From Phaeosaccion multiseriatum (Eukaryota; Protista; Ochrophyta, other classes), in assembly GCA_965112735.1 (NCBI GenBank), contig OZ218959.1, forward strand, positions 2,728,001 to 2,792,000: a stretch of DNA of 64,000 bases, in the 5' to 3' direction. A program made the translations under genes and the position numbers. Each line of letters begins with the position of its first letter. Within the stretch, counting starts at the first letter, position 1. Of this stretch, positions 39,413 to 50,930 are shown one piece after another. Below the pieces are notes generated by a model. The model had not been told where the DNA came from. It ran no database searches and was given only the letters and a program-made list of their open reading frames with translations.

Positions 39413-40194
39413 CTCTCCTTAACCTCTACCCTGAGAAGAAGAGGGGGGCGCGGGGCGGATGAGGGGGGGGGGTTGCGAGTGTGGAACGCCGAAATCTTTT
39501 TTGGGTGTCTAGTAGGTGCGCCAGACAAAAATACACATGCAAGTAGGCGAGGGAGCGAGTTCTCACAGAGGCAAGCATGTGGTCGAACGCAAGCGCGAGA
39601 CAGCGATGGCAAGGGGGGGAGCACTACCCTCGGAATGAAATGCACTCACCCGAACGGCGAACTTGGCCACTACCGACACTCGGCCTACCAGAAGTTTCTA
39701 AACCGCGGGCGCGGGCTCCTGCAGCACGAGACAGTTTTCAATTGGGGGGAGGGTGACAAGGTGTGTGCAATGCGATGGACAGAGAGAGCAACAGGCCCAG
39801 GTGGCGAAGACATGGGGAGAGGGGATGGAGGGAGGAAGGAAGCGTTTTGAAAAAAACCTTACCTTTCTCGTCCCTCTCTTGCGTCTCTTTTCCTTCAGGC
39901 GAGTAGTCTCCTAAGAAGTAGTAATAATGAGCTATCTTCAGCTGCCCTGATAGCTTTGATGGCCGAGGTCTTGAGGGCTCTGGGAGGGCGGGGTTGGCGC
40001 GTGGCCCCCTGGGAAATTTTTCTTTGGCAAATTTGACGCCAATTTGATTGCCTACTGCTCTTAACAATCCATCTCGGTTAAGATGGTCGCCGTCCTTGTG
40101 TGGACTATCCGTGGACGCTTCATTCCTTCATCGTCTTTCAGTATCTTGTGTCTTGGAGATGGATTCATGGAGAAAGGGCGGAGGATGAGATAGA

Positions 40195-41018
40195 ATGGTG
40201 GCGGCACTCGGAATGGAGCGCTGCAAGGCGGTTGCAGGGGCGGCTACTGCCTCGGCTCCTCCTCTCCCTCCTCCTGCTCCTGCCTTCGAAGATGCTGCTG
40301 CTACTGCTGCTCCAGACGAGGTGGTGGTGGGCTATGCGTTCAATGCGAAGAAGGAGGAGCGCATGAAGCCTGTCCTGCACCTTGGGGAGGTCATCGGGGG
40401 TGTTCGCTTCGTCCCACTCGCCAACCTCTCCTCTTCATGGGAAGGTAGCAGGGCCTGTGCGAAGGACGGGGTCGGAGTCGAAGGTGGGCCAGCGCAGCGA
40501 AGCCACGACGAGAAGCAGCACCAGCTCCACCAGCACCAACAGCACCAGCAGCACCAGCACCAGCACCAGCGGCACCCTGAGGTCGACATGATCTTACACA
40601 AGCTCGGCGAGGACCTCATGTACCGAACCAAGCGCCCCGAGTGCGATGCACGCCTGACGGACCTGGAGCAGTACCTCCAGCAGCACCCTAACACCGTTTT
40701 GGTGGACCCCTTCCAGAGCGTGGAGAAGGTGGTCAATCGCGCCACCACTCTAGAGGTGCTGCACACGGCCTGGGGCACGGCAGGAGGAGGTCCTGGAGCC
40801 CCGAGGTACACGGTGGTCCACACCGTAGAGGTGCGTGCGTGTGTACGTACGTGTCTGATTCTGCTTGCATGCGTAACGGTGTGGTGTGATCTGGCGTGGT
40901 CTGGTGGCAGCCTGCGATACTGAAGGACCACGAGAGTAAGCGGCGAGCAGCCCTTTCGCCACCACTCCCCCTGTCGTAGGGGTCGTGACTGCCTATTTTG
41001 TTTTGAGTTCCCCTCCTC

Positions 41019-41052
<34 letters not shown>

Positions 41053-42176
41053 TTGCAGGAGTGTAGCGGTGAGGTAGTGAGAGCTGCCGGCCTGCGCTAC
41101 CCCCTCATCGGCAAGCCTGTGGAGGCGTGTGGCACGGGAGGCAGCCACAACTTAGTCCTGCTAACCAGGGACGAGGGGCTCCGCAACATTGACCCCCGGT
41201 GCTTCCCGCTGGTGCTGCAGGACTTTCACGACCACGACGCTAGGCTGTTCAAGGTGGGTGGTCGGGTGGGTTGGCGGCTCGGAAAGGCAACTCTCTCTCT
41301 CCCTTCCTCTCTCTCCCTCTCTCCCTCCTTGCCTCTTTGTTCTCTCTCTCTCTCTCTGTCCCTCTCCCCTCTCTGCGGCAGAGGCAGCGGAGGCGTGGCT
41401 GCCCTTCCCCCCCCCCCTCCCGGTCCCTCATTACCTCTTCGCTGCTGTTGTCACTAACTGCTACGGTATTACCAACTCCTGCTGTATCGCCAACTACTCT
41501 GTATCGCCAACTGCTGTAGGTGTGTGTACTCGGCGATGTTGTCCGCGTGTACGAGCGAGCCTCCCTCCCCAACCTCGGCACTCCTCACGACGATGACGCT
41601 ACAACCACCGCTGCTGGCACTGCAGACCGATCGAGGACCCTTCTTCGCAGCAGCTTGGCCTTCGACAGCCAGGAGCCGTACCCCTCTCTCGCAGAGCTGA
41701 GGATGGCAGCGGACGACGAGGGACAGGGACAGGGGCATGGGAAGGAGGGGCCGGAGCAGGGGCGAGGGGCGAGAGAGGCACACACCACCACGGGAGGGAG
41801 CAGTGGTGGGAAGGGAGAAGGGGGGCAGGTGGGCGCGTTGGCCGTGGAAAGGGGGATTTGTCGTCCCACCTATCCCGCCAGCCGCAGGGGGGGGGGGGAG
41901 CGAGGAAGGATTTTGGTGGAAGACGTGTACAAAGTGGGGGTGGTGAGGGCGTAGGGCGTGTAAAGAGGGGTGGTGCTGGGGGCGAGGGAGGGTCAGACGG
42001 CATGTCGCAAGAGGGGCGGCAGTATGGAGAGGAGGAGGAGAAGGAGGAGGAGGAGAGGGAGGAGGTTGACCGCTGCTTGCACCACCGCTGCCGCTGTGGT
42101 AGTGGCAGCGAGGAGGGCGCTGGCTCCAAGCCTTGCTCATCTCCAGCAGCAGCTGGTGATACACCAGCAAGGAGGG

Positions 42177-42225
<49 letters not shown>

Positions 42226-42936
42226 GGCAACGGCAGCGGCAGCGCCTTGCCTACCCCCCCCCCTCGGCTGCCATCCTCCTTCTGCTCCTTGCTTTCCCTT
42301 GGCAGCGGCGCAGGGGGCAGCGGCAGTGCTGAAGGAGGCCTTCGGACTGACCATCTTCGGTTTTGACGTTGTAGTCGTGAGGGACACGGGAAGGCCCATG
42401 GTCATCGACGTCAACTACTTCCCCAGCTTTAAGGCAAGTGCTGTGGGTGGGTGGGCGGGTGGTCGTTTCAGTTTATCGACCTCGATGCAATGTCGAACAC
42501 ACATACGTATCAGTATCACACCGTGCATGTGTTGGTGCTCCAGCCGATCTGCTCTGGCGGACGGTGATTTGCTCTAGCGACGGGAGTGGAGGGAGGTTGA
42601 ACGAGGAGAGATGGTGTATGATATTGACTATGGCCACCCCCACTCCCTCCTCTTCCTCCTCCTCCTCCTGCTCCTGCTCCTCCTGCTCCTCCTGCTCCTC
42701 CTCCTCCTCCTCCTCCTCCTCCTCCTCCTCCTCCTCCTCCTCCTCCTCCTCCTCCTCCTCCTTATCCTCCTTATCCTCCTCTGTCTCCGTCTCCACAGGA
42801 TTTTTCGGACTTTGGTGACGTCCTAAGGGCGTATCTGTACAAACGGGCACACACGCGCACGCTCCAGGGACATGGTGTAACTGTGACAGCGGTAGACAGG
42901 CACACCGACACAGGCGACATGTTAGCGTGTAACTAA
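40195..42936 (+). CDS. ITPK1: Inositol-tetrakisphosphate 1-kinase / Ins(1,3,4)P3 5/6-kinase. Exons approx. 40195-40830, 41059-41253, 41520-41828, 41888-42433, 42799-42936 (start uncertain)
   Basis: VGYAFNAKK, DMILHKL, HPNTVLVDP, YPLIGKPVEACGTGGSH, VLQDFHDHDARLFKVCVLG..RASLPNL and FGLTIFGFDVV..VIDVNYFPSF. Confidence 0.92.
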
Positions 42937-43726
42937 AACGCACAAGACGACACGGTGCAGACACGGAAAGAGGGATGGAAAAGGTGTCCCTGTGACAGAT
43001 TGGAGCCGTCGGGGGAGGGGGCAGAGGGTTAAAGGGTTGATGTTGTATGTATATATATATATCTTGGGCGCAGGCCTCCATCCTCGGGGGATGTCAAAGT
43101 CAAAGTGGGGGGGGGGGAGGGGAAGCGTGGCCTCTCACTCATCACTGGCCGTGACGATGGAAGCTGGCGACGACGACGAGTCTGCCGCTTCCTGTCTTCT
43201 TGCTGTTGTCTTCCTGTCAGTGGGTCTGGGGTTGCGAGTCAGTCACCTTCCGGAAGAGCCCCACGAGGAAGGAGGGTGTATATGGAGAGTCGTGATCATG
43301 TGATTGTCACTCACTCTCCCTCGTATATATAATCGATGTATGTGTGTTTATTCTTTCACCCTCCCTCAAATTTCAATTACACTTTATTTTGGGATGATGA
43401 CCATTGGGATGACAGCACATGACCACAGTAATGGAGGTCGTGTGCTGCTTTCTGTCAGTCTATCTGTCTGTCTGTCAGTCTTTCTGCCTGTCTGTCTGTC
43501 AGCCCTCACGCTGAGCCTTCAGACGACGCTTGCTGGGTAAAGCCTCGGGCAGCGCGCGCCCTCCTCTGCTTCAGTTTCAAAAGAGTTTCGAGCCTCTCCT
43601 TCCTTCCGCTGCCATCCTCCTTGCCTTGCTTGCTTGTCTTGTCGCTGATAACACTCACTCTGCACTGCCGTGCGTGCTGCTGCCGGCGCAGGTGTCAGCT
43701 TTCTTCTGCTGATCGGTACTGAAAGC

Positions 43727-45536
43727 TTAGCTACCAAAGCCTTCTGGCGGCACCCACGTGGCCTCCTCCGTGCGAGGATTATAATAGTATGTGGCCCCCA
43801 CTTCGTCGTCAAAGTACTCCACCCACACGTCGGCCGAAGAAACCTCTGTATCACCAACTGCTGATGATACTGCCTGCTCAGGGCCGACGGGCTCCAGGGG
43901 GGCTCGCTTCTGCTCCGGCGGCGGCTGCTGCTGTCGTTGTTGCTGTTCCGGGTGTTGATACAGCTGCTGCTGCTGCTGCTGCTGCTGGTGGTGGTGGTGC
44001 TGCTGCTGCTGGTGGTTGTTGTTGACGCTGATGTACTTTCTGTCGTCGAGGTGGGGCATCGTGCCAAAGCTACAATTTCCACTAGCGCTCACGATGCCCT
44101 TGCCGGCGTTGGAGAGGGGCCCTGCCCTGGACAGCCCAGGCGATTTGGAGGACGCCATCTGTGAATGGAGCATGTACAGAATACAGGTAGGAAATAGTAG
44201 AGAAGAGAGAAAGGGAGAATGAAACAGGGGCAATAAGAAAAGAGTCATGGAGGACGCCTCCTTCACTCTGTTAGGGTGGTGCCGAGAAGAAGGGGTGGTG
44301 GTGATACTACTTCTCACTTCTCTTACCTGCTGCTGCATGGCCAACTGCTGCGCCTGCCTGATCCTCTGTGCCTCGAGCAGATGCGCTGGAGGCGGGCCCT
44401 TGGGTTTTGGAGGCTTCCTGCCTCTTGCAGCAGGACGGGCATCATCCATACCACCGCTACTGCTAGCGCTATGGAGGACAGGCTCGCCTTTGTGAGGATG
44501 AAAGAGCCGCTCGTCGCTTCTATGCATCTCAAAACCTTTGCTCTGCGCCGCTGCTGGTGCTGCTGCTGCTCCTACTACTGCTGCTGCTGCTGGTTGATGA
44601 GACGTATAGTTCTCGTGCTTCCGGGCGGTGGTTGTGCCTACTCCGGAAATGCCAATTCTAAGCGAGGGAGACAGACTCCGGGATCCCTGCTGCTGTTCTT
44701 GGCGGTGGTGCTGAGGAGCCTGACGCTGCTGCTGCACAGCCTTTCGGTCGAGACGACTGTCTACCCGAGCGTGCTTGCTCGCCGCCGCCGCCGACTCCCC
44801 CTGGTCTTTCTGGTGCTGCAGCCAGGAAGGTGTCCCATACGCTCTGTACCAATGCTCCTCCGCTCCTGTTATTCCTCCTCCTCCTCCTCCTCCTCCTCCT
44901 CCTCCTCCTCCTCCTCCTCCTCGTCCTCCTCCTCCTTTTTCTTCTTCTTTGTCTTCCTCTTCTCTTCTTCCTCCTCCTCCTCCTCCTCCTCCTCCTCCTC
45001 CTCCTCCTCCTCCTCCTGCTCCTCCTCCTCCTCCTCCTCGGCCTGCTATCTTCGGAGCTGTACACGAGGGAAAGTGATGGCTACTACTGCTCGGCGCCGG
45101 CGAGCCCTCCCCCCCTCCCACACCACCGCCCCTGAACGTATTAGACTTGCCGCCGCCCAAGCCTACGCCTACACGAGGGGGGCTGAGGCTGAGGCTGCTG
45201 CCGTGGTGCGATGGAGCATGCTGACGGCTTCCGTCTGGCGAAGCTACTCCTCGTCCGTAATTGTCTACTTCTCCTACTGGGGCCCTCCGAAATGAGGTGT
45301 TGTGGGACTTGCTGGCTGCTCCACCCCCAGCAGTATGGCAATAAGGGGGAAAAAAAGTGGAGGAGAGTATATAAAGCAAGGGGGGGGGGGTGGGGGGTAG
45401 GGAGCGAGTCGAGAGACGGGCGGATTTCCTGCAGTGAGCGGTGTTGTGCGGTGGCGATCAGGGTAGCTGTGGCGCGAGCTTTACCTTGACGTCGGAGTAG
45501 CTCAGTGAGAGGAGCGGCGGAGGAAGTTGTCGTCAT
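43727..45536 (-). CDS. Low-complexity protein with a C-terminal WW domain; about 3 exons, 5' end uncertain
   Basis: C-terminal VWVEYFDDEVGATYYYNPRTEEATWVPP; an in-phase intron at ~44326-44159. Confidence 0.75.
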
Positions 45537-45824
45537 GACTGCTCCGAGTAATGCCCACGAGAGGATCCAATCCAATTCACGGCATATCCGCCTCTCCTCA
45601 CCAGCCCTTCAGCGCCCACCCCCGCTTCTGAAGACGAAGGTGGTATGATTCCTGCTGGTTACTCGACTCAAGGGGGAAAGAAAAGGCTTGGATTTGCGAT
45701 CATTTGGCAGTTGACATCGAGCCATGGGTTGCCATCAGCCGTACGCTGCCATCTGCCATCCGTTTGATCCTCTCCCTTCCGTTGCTTTGCTTACCTGTGT
45801 GATACAGTTGGCAGCGTAAAGACC

Positions 45825-47459
45825 ATGTCTGTTGCTCACGCCCCACCCCACGGGTACAACGTGGACAACATGCTCGACATGGAGAAGAGGACCGGTGTGA
45901 AGAAGGACGAGATTGACGACTTCCTCAGCAAAGTCGATCAAGTGCAGGCGGCCATTCAGGGTATGAAGGACGGGAGCGTAGACCCCGCTACAGTCAAGAT
46001 TGAGGGCATCGACACGCCGGAGGAGAAGGCGGAGAAGGAGAGGAAGAAGCGAGAGCGAGAGGAGAAGAGGGAGAGGGAGGCGAGGATGCGCCAGAAGCAG
46101 CAACACGAGGAGGAGCGGGAGCGATGGTGGAGAGGAGCAGAGATGATGTTCGGGGAGCGCGAGCCGGAGGCTGGAGCAGAATCACCGGGGTCAAATGGGC
46201 GCGGAACAGAAGCAGGGGGTTCGTCATCAGGAGGAGGAGGGGGAGGAGTTGCTGTCAAAGAAACGGCTGCAGCCGCAGAGGAGAGGCAACGTCGTGTGGA
46301 ACGATACAGCATGGAGTACTCTCGATGGGATACGTGGACACCCGACGACCCCGCTACGCAGGCCGAGGTGGAAGCGATGGTCGCCCAGGAGGAGTCTGTC
46401 AAGAATAAAGAGTTTGAGGTAGGTTTAGCCGAGGGGGGGGGAATATCATCTGCCGAGTAAGGGCAGGCTGCAGGGGCGGTCTAACGGACATATGCAGTCA
46501 TAAAGCCGCTTGCTGTTTGATGTAGCGAGGGAGGCTTTTCACATCCCGCCTGCTCCTCTTACCGTGTTTCGATGCACACACCTGGCACGTGTGCTGCACC
46601 CTCCACCCCCAACCTGCTGATCCTCTCTCTAACATGCACACATTCTCCTCACACCTCCTCCCCGCTCCTCACACATATACCGCCCCCCCCCTGCTCCCCT
46701 CTTATCCCCTGCAGGCGAGTAACCCTGACTTTTGTAAGCAGTTCATGGAGGACCAAGCGGCTCGAGAGAAGCTTAGGAGCGAAAAGTCCGCCAACGCCTT
46801 GCAGTTACGCCAGCGCGGAAACCGCTTCTTCCAAGCCAAGCAGCTTGACAAGGCCCTGACCCACTACATGGACAGCCTCAAGCAGGCTCCTTACGAAGTG
46901 GCCACCCTCTCCAATGTGGCTATGGCCCATTTGAAGCTGATGAGGGGCGCGAGTGCCACCAGCAAGAGAGTAGCAGAACGAGTGGAGGGGGAAGAGGGTG
47001 AGGAAGGGGATGGCATGGATCTCCCGAGCGCTGAGGAGGAGGTGATGGAGTTTTGCAGTAGGGCCCTGCATGTGGACCCGCACTGTGTCAAGGCTCTCTC
47101 CAGGAGGGCTTCGGTCAAGGTGCGTCATCGACAGTTTCACAGGTTCAGGTTCCTGACCCTATCCAATCGCCCTTCACCCTCACGTTCACCCTCACCCTCA
47201 CCCTCACCCTCACCCTTACCCTTACCCTTACCCTCACCCTCACCCTCACCCTCACCCTAACCCGCGCCCGCACCCTTACCCGCACCCTCACCCTCCCCCT
47301 CCCCTTGAATAGGCGGGTAAGGGCGACAAGGCCGGAGCCCTGTCCGATGTGAAGCGTGCCCTCGCAGTGCCCCTGGCCAACATAAAGGACGCGGAGCGCG
47401 CCGATCTCGTGAGGCAGAGGGAGAAGCTCGAGGCGGACTTGGCAGGTACGTGTGTGTGT

Positions 47460-47514
<55 letters not shown>

Positions 47515-47791
47515 TTTTCGCGGACCTCACCATTCTCCTCCTTCTTTTGCTTCTGTCGCCCCCACTCACCACTTGCCTACCCCCCAACCCGGACCACCCC
47601 CCCCCCTCCGCTCTTCAGACGAAAAAGCAGAGGAGCAAGTCGCCGCTCAGGCTGCCAAGGCCAGAGAGAGGGCGGCGGCAGCTCAAGCTGAAGCAGCAGC
47701 GCACGTAGAAGCGACCCAAGCGGCACACACGCAGTCACCAGTCCCTCCCAAGTCGGCACCAGCACCCGGGTCTCTTCCTTCCCCTCCTCCT

Positions 47792-47845
<54 letters not shown>

Positions 47846-49046
47846 GTATCACCAACTGCTACAGCCGGGCCCTCTACGGGAGAAGGAGAAGTAGGAGTAA
47901 GCACGCAGAGCCCGCTCCCCTCTCCCTCTCCCCCTCCCCCTTCCCCTTCCCCTTCCCCTATGCGTGTAACGTCCGAGTACGACCTGGTGGACGTCTTGTC
48001 CAAGCTCGTGTTGGAGGAGGAGAGCTGCTCGGTGGCGGATCGAGCTGCTCTGGAGGCTATGCAGCAAAGCCCAGCAGAAGCGCTAAGGACGACGCTGGCG
48101 CTCTCTCCTGCGGCCAGGGTGTACTTCCGCATCAACGCCTTCCTCCCGAGGGTGGTGGCAAAGTTGAAGGCTGCATTGGAGAGGGAGGAGGAGGGGGAGG
48201 AGGGACACGAAGAGCGGGAGGGAGGCGGTAAGGGTGACTCGGACAAGACACACGCGACAAAGGGAAGCAGTGGCAAGGGCGGCAGTAGTGCCAGCAGTGG
48301 TGCGAGTAGTCGGGGAGGTGACAGCATTGCTGAATATCTCCGCGTGCTAATTGCGGCCGTGCAGGACGAGAAGAAGAGCTTGGTGGCGGTGTTTGAGGAG
48401 GGCGGCCTGTTTGTGGCCAAAGCCCAGCTCCTTGTGAGCAGGAGGAGCAACAGCAATGGTAAGGGCGGCACCAGACGAGAAAGCAGACGAAAAGGGAGGA
48501 GGGAGGCGTCGGCCCTGCTCTTTGCCGCCTGCGCGGGTGGTCAGACGTCTACGGGTGCCGATGTGGTGCTCAGATGGCTAGCCAAGGATGTCGACGTCTT
48601 GGGGCAGCTACTAGTCTGTATTCACGAAGTACAGACGCCCTCGGCCTCAACTTGGCCCATGATCGAGAGCCTCGCGACTTTGTTCCGGGACCTTCTCATT
48701 GGGACACACGCCGCTGCCACAAAGCGGACCATCCTGGCGCTCACGCCGCGAAGCCTGTCCCCCGAGGAGGCCGTCGCAGTAGCATCAGCAGCAGTTGGTG
48801 ATACAACAGCTGCCAAGATGCTCATCCTGCAGCCGGGCGCCCTCGTCTCCGTGCTATGCGCCGCACTGGAGAGGGGTGGTAGAGGAGGAGGAGGGGGGGG
48901 GGGGCTGCTTCGGGAGTTGCCGCTACGGCTGGTACCGCCCTCTGCTCGGCCTTGGCAAACGCAATGCTCCATGAGGAGCTCCGATCCTTCGTGGCGGACT
49001 ATCCGGAGGAGGAGGAGGAGCAGATCCAAGAGCAGGGGCAGGGTGG

Positions 49047-49077
<31 letters not shown>

Positions 49078-50133
49078 CAGGGGCACACCAATGCCGCTAT
49101 CCTGTTGGCTGTGGCCCGTAACCAGCGCGCGAGTGACGAGGAACGCTCCCTTGCTCTCGCGGTGCTGATGAACGCATGCATGTCTGCCTCCACACAATCA
49201 TCATCCTCCGCCTCTTCATCATCATCATCATCACCATCATCATCATCCTCACCAGCGGCAGCGGCTGCAACAGCAGCAGCGGCCGCGGCGAGAGTCCGTC
49301 GGGCGGTGTTTGCCGCGGGAGGTGTGTCCCTCGTGCTGGCTATTGTATCCATCGACGGGCCTGCTCGCGACAAGTCGGTTCCCAAGATGGTGCGTGCCCG
49401 CAGTGTGGGTCTGCTTAACCGCCTCCTCTCCCTTCCCGAGGTGCTCGAGGTGTGTCGCAATCCGCAGTCCGTCAAGCGCATCGCTCGCGCACTGACCCGA
49501 AACGCTCAGATGGGCCCCCGGCTCGATGAGGAGAGCAGCAGTAGCAGCAGTAGCAGCAGTGGCAGGGAGACGGGGCAGCAGCAGGAGCAGCAGGGTAGTG
49601 GCGAAGATCTGGCCTGGGCTCGGGAGGAAAGAGACCACCTCGTACGTGTGCTTGCGGCTATCCTGAGGACCGAGCCGGGCGGCCCGCACGCTACCGTTTC
49701 AGAAGCTGTGCGTCGGGAGATTGAAGCTGAAAGGGTCGTCAGCAGCTTCATGAGTATGCTGCCGCCCGCTCGGGCAGAGGGGGGCCTGACGGGTCCGACG
49801 GCGGTGGTGACGAAGGAGTCCGTACCTAAGGCACCTCTCTGGAGCTGCTCGGTGCCCTTGGCTGCCAATGTGTGCAGCTGCCTCATTCAGCTGCTCGGGG
49901 AGCCACATGCAGGGGGGGAGACGGGGCGGCAGCTAGTGGGCAAGTCCGGTGGGGTGGATGGAGGCATTGAGAAGCTGCTGAGTCTGTTTGCCAATGGAAG
50001 TCAGGTGGTGCGCAAGAATGTGGCCATTTGCATTGCCAAGTTGGTGAAGCACGCACCCCATCGGGCGAGGGTGACGGAGTTGAGAGGGATGGAGATGCTG
50101 GTGCAGACGGGGAGCCAGGGCCTCGGCGTATGA
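45825..50133 (+). CDS. TTC12: Tetratricopeptide repeat protein 12-like (TPR plus ARM; axonemal dynein assembly factor); apparent 1-nt frameshift in a poly-G run at 48893-48904
   Basis: N-terminal EIDDFLSKVDQV, TPRs (LRQRGNRFFQAKQLDKALTHY; FCSRALHVDPHCVKALSRRA) and a C-terminal ARM motif VRKNVAICIAKL...VTELRGMEML. Confidence 0.8.
47172..47300. repeat. Telomere-like hexamer tract (CCCTCA/CCCTTA/CCCTAA) in a TTC12 intron
   Basis: Directly visible. Confidence 0.85.
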
Positions 50134-50483
50134 GGGAGATGACAGGTGCAAAGCAAGGGCCTGGGCGGTGTATGAGGGAGATGGAAGGAGAGGCGGTGCG
50201 TGGGTGCCAGCGGGCGGGCGGGCGGGCGTGCGTGCGTGCGTGCGCTTTGTTTGTTACTGCAAACGGTGCGACGCTGACGGCGGCCAAGGATTCGAAGATG
50301 GGGCGCACGCCAGTATAGCTCTGCTCCTGCTCTTGCGGCCTTCTATACTCCCGAGATGATGACATCCTAACTATATAAGCACACAACCACATTCGTGCGG
50401 CACACACCCACCCACCCGCACCCCCAAACACATCATGGTGACGTACATCATTAGGAATATTGCACATTGCTCGACTCCTGACG

Positions 50484-50720
50484 TGCTACCGAGCGATTCT
50501 CGGTAGCATGCTACCGGGTCCAGTGTGGCGGACCCAGTGGTGATTGACGTAATTGTGTGACCCTAGCAGGTAGCAGCTAGCTCACGCCGGCGGTGGCAGC
50601 TGATGGTTGGCCGGCCGGTCGGCCGGTAGAAGGTCAAGGCCGGCTGACGCCGGCGGTAGCAGGTAGCACGTTGGCTGACGCCGGTGGTAGCAGGTAGCAG
50701 GTAGCAGGTAGCAGGTAGAT
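50484..50720 (-). repeat. Hairpin plus (CTGCTAC)n-CCGGCGTCAGCC repeat block; possible MITE remnant related to the repeat at 1-121
   Basis: 10-bp stem TGCTACCGAG/CTCGGTAGCA, heptamer repeats and three CCGGCGT(C/G)AGC units. Confidence 0.5.
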
Positions 50721-50930
50721 AAGGAGAGAGAGAGGAAGAGAGAGAGAGCATGATTGAACTCGCCAGCTGTGAGTAATGCGAGTACCAACACATGAAGGTC
50801 CGAAACGCCATTTATAAAGGGCTTGGTCCATGGCGCAAAAGAGAAAGCGGCGAGCAGTAGGAGTAGAGGGGATGCACGGGCCCGATTGACTTTCCTACGA
50901 AACAGAGACAGAGCATTTAAAGGAAGAACG

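Noticed and set aside
43846-43860. Dispersed motif as a branch point or a lambda-operator-like site
   Set aside because: It occurs mostly in exons and on both strands; the TATCACC resemblance is short and lacks operator dyad symmetry.
45721-45745. X-box-like GTTGCCAT upstream of the ciliary gene TTC12
   Set aside because: Only a half site, and RFX factors are not established in this lineage.
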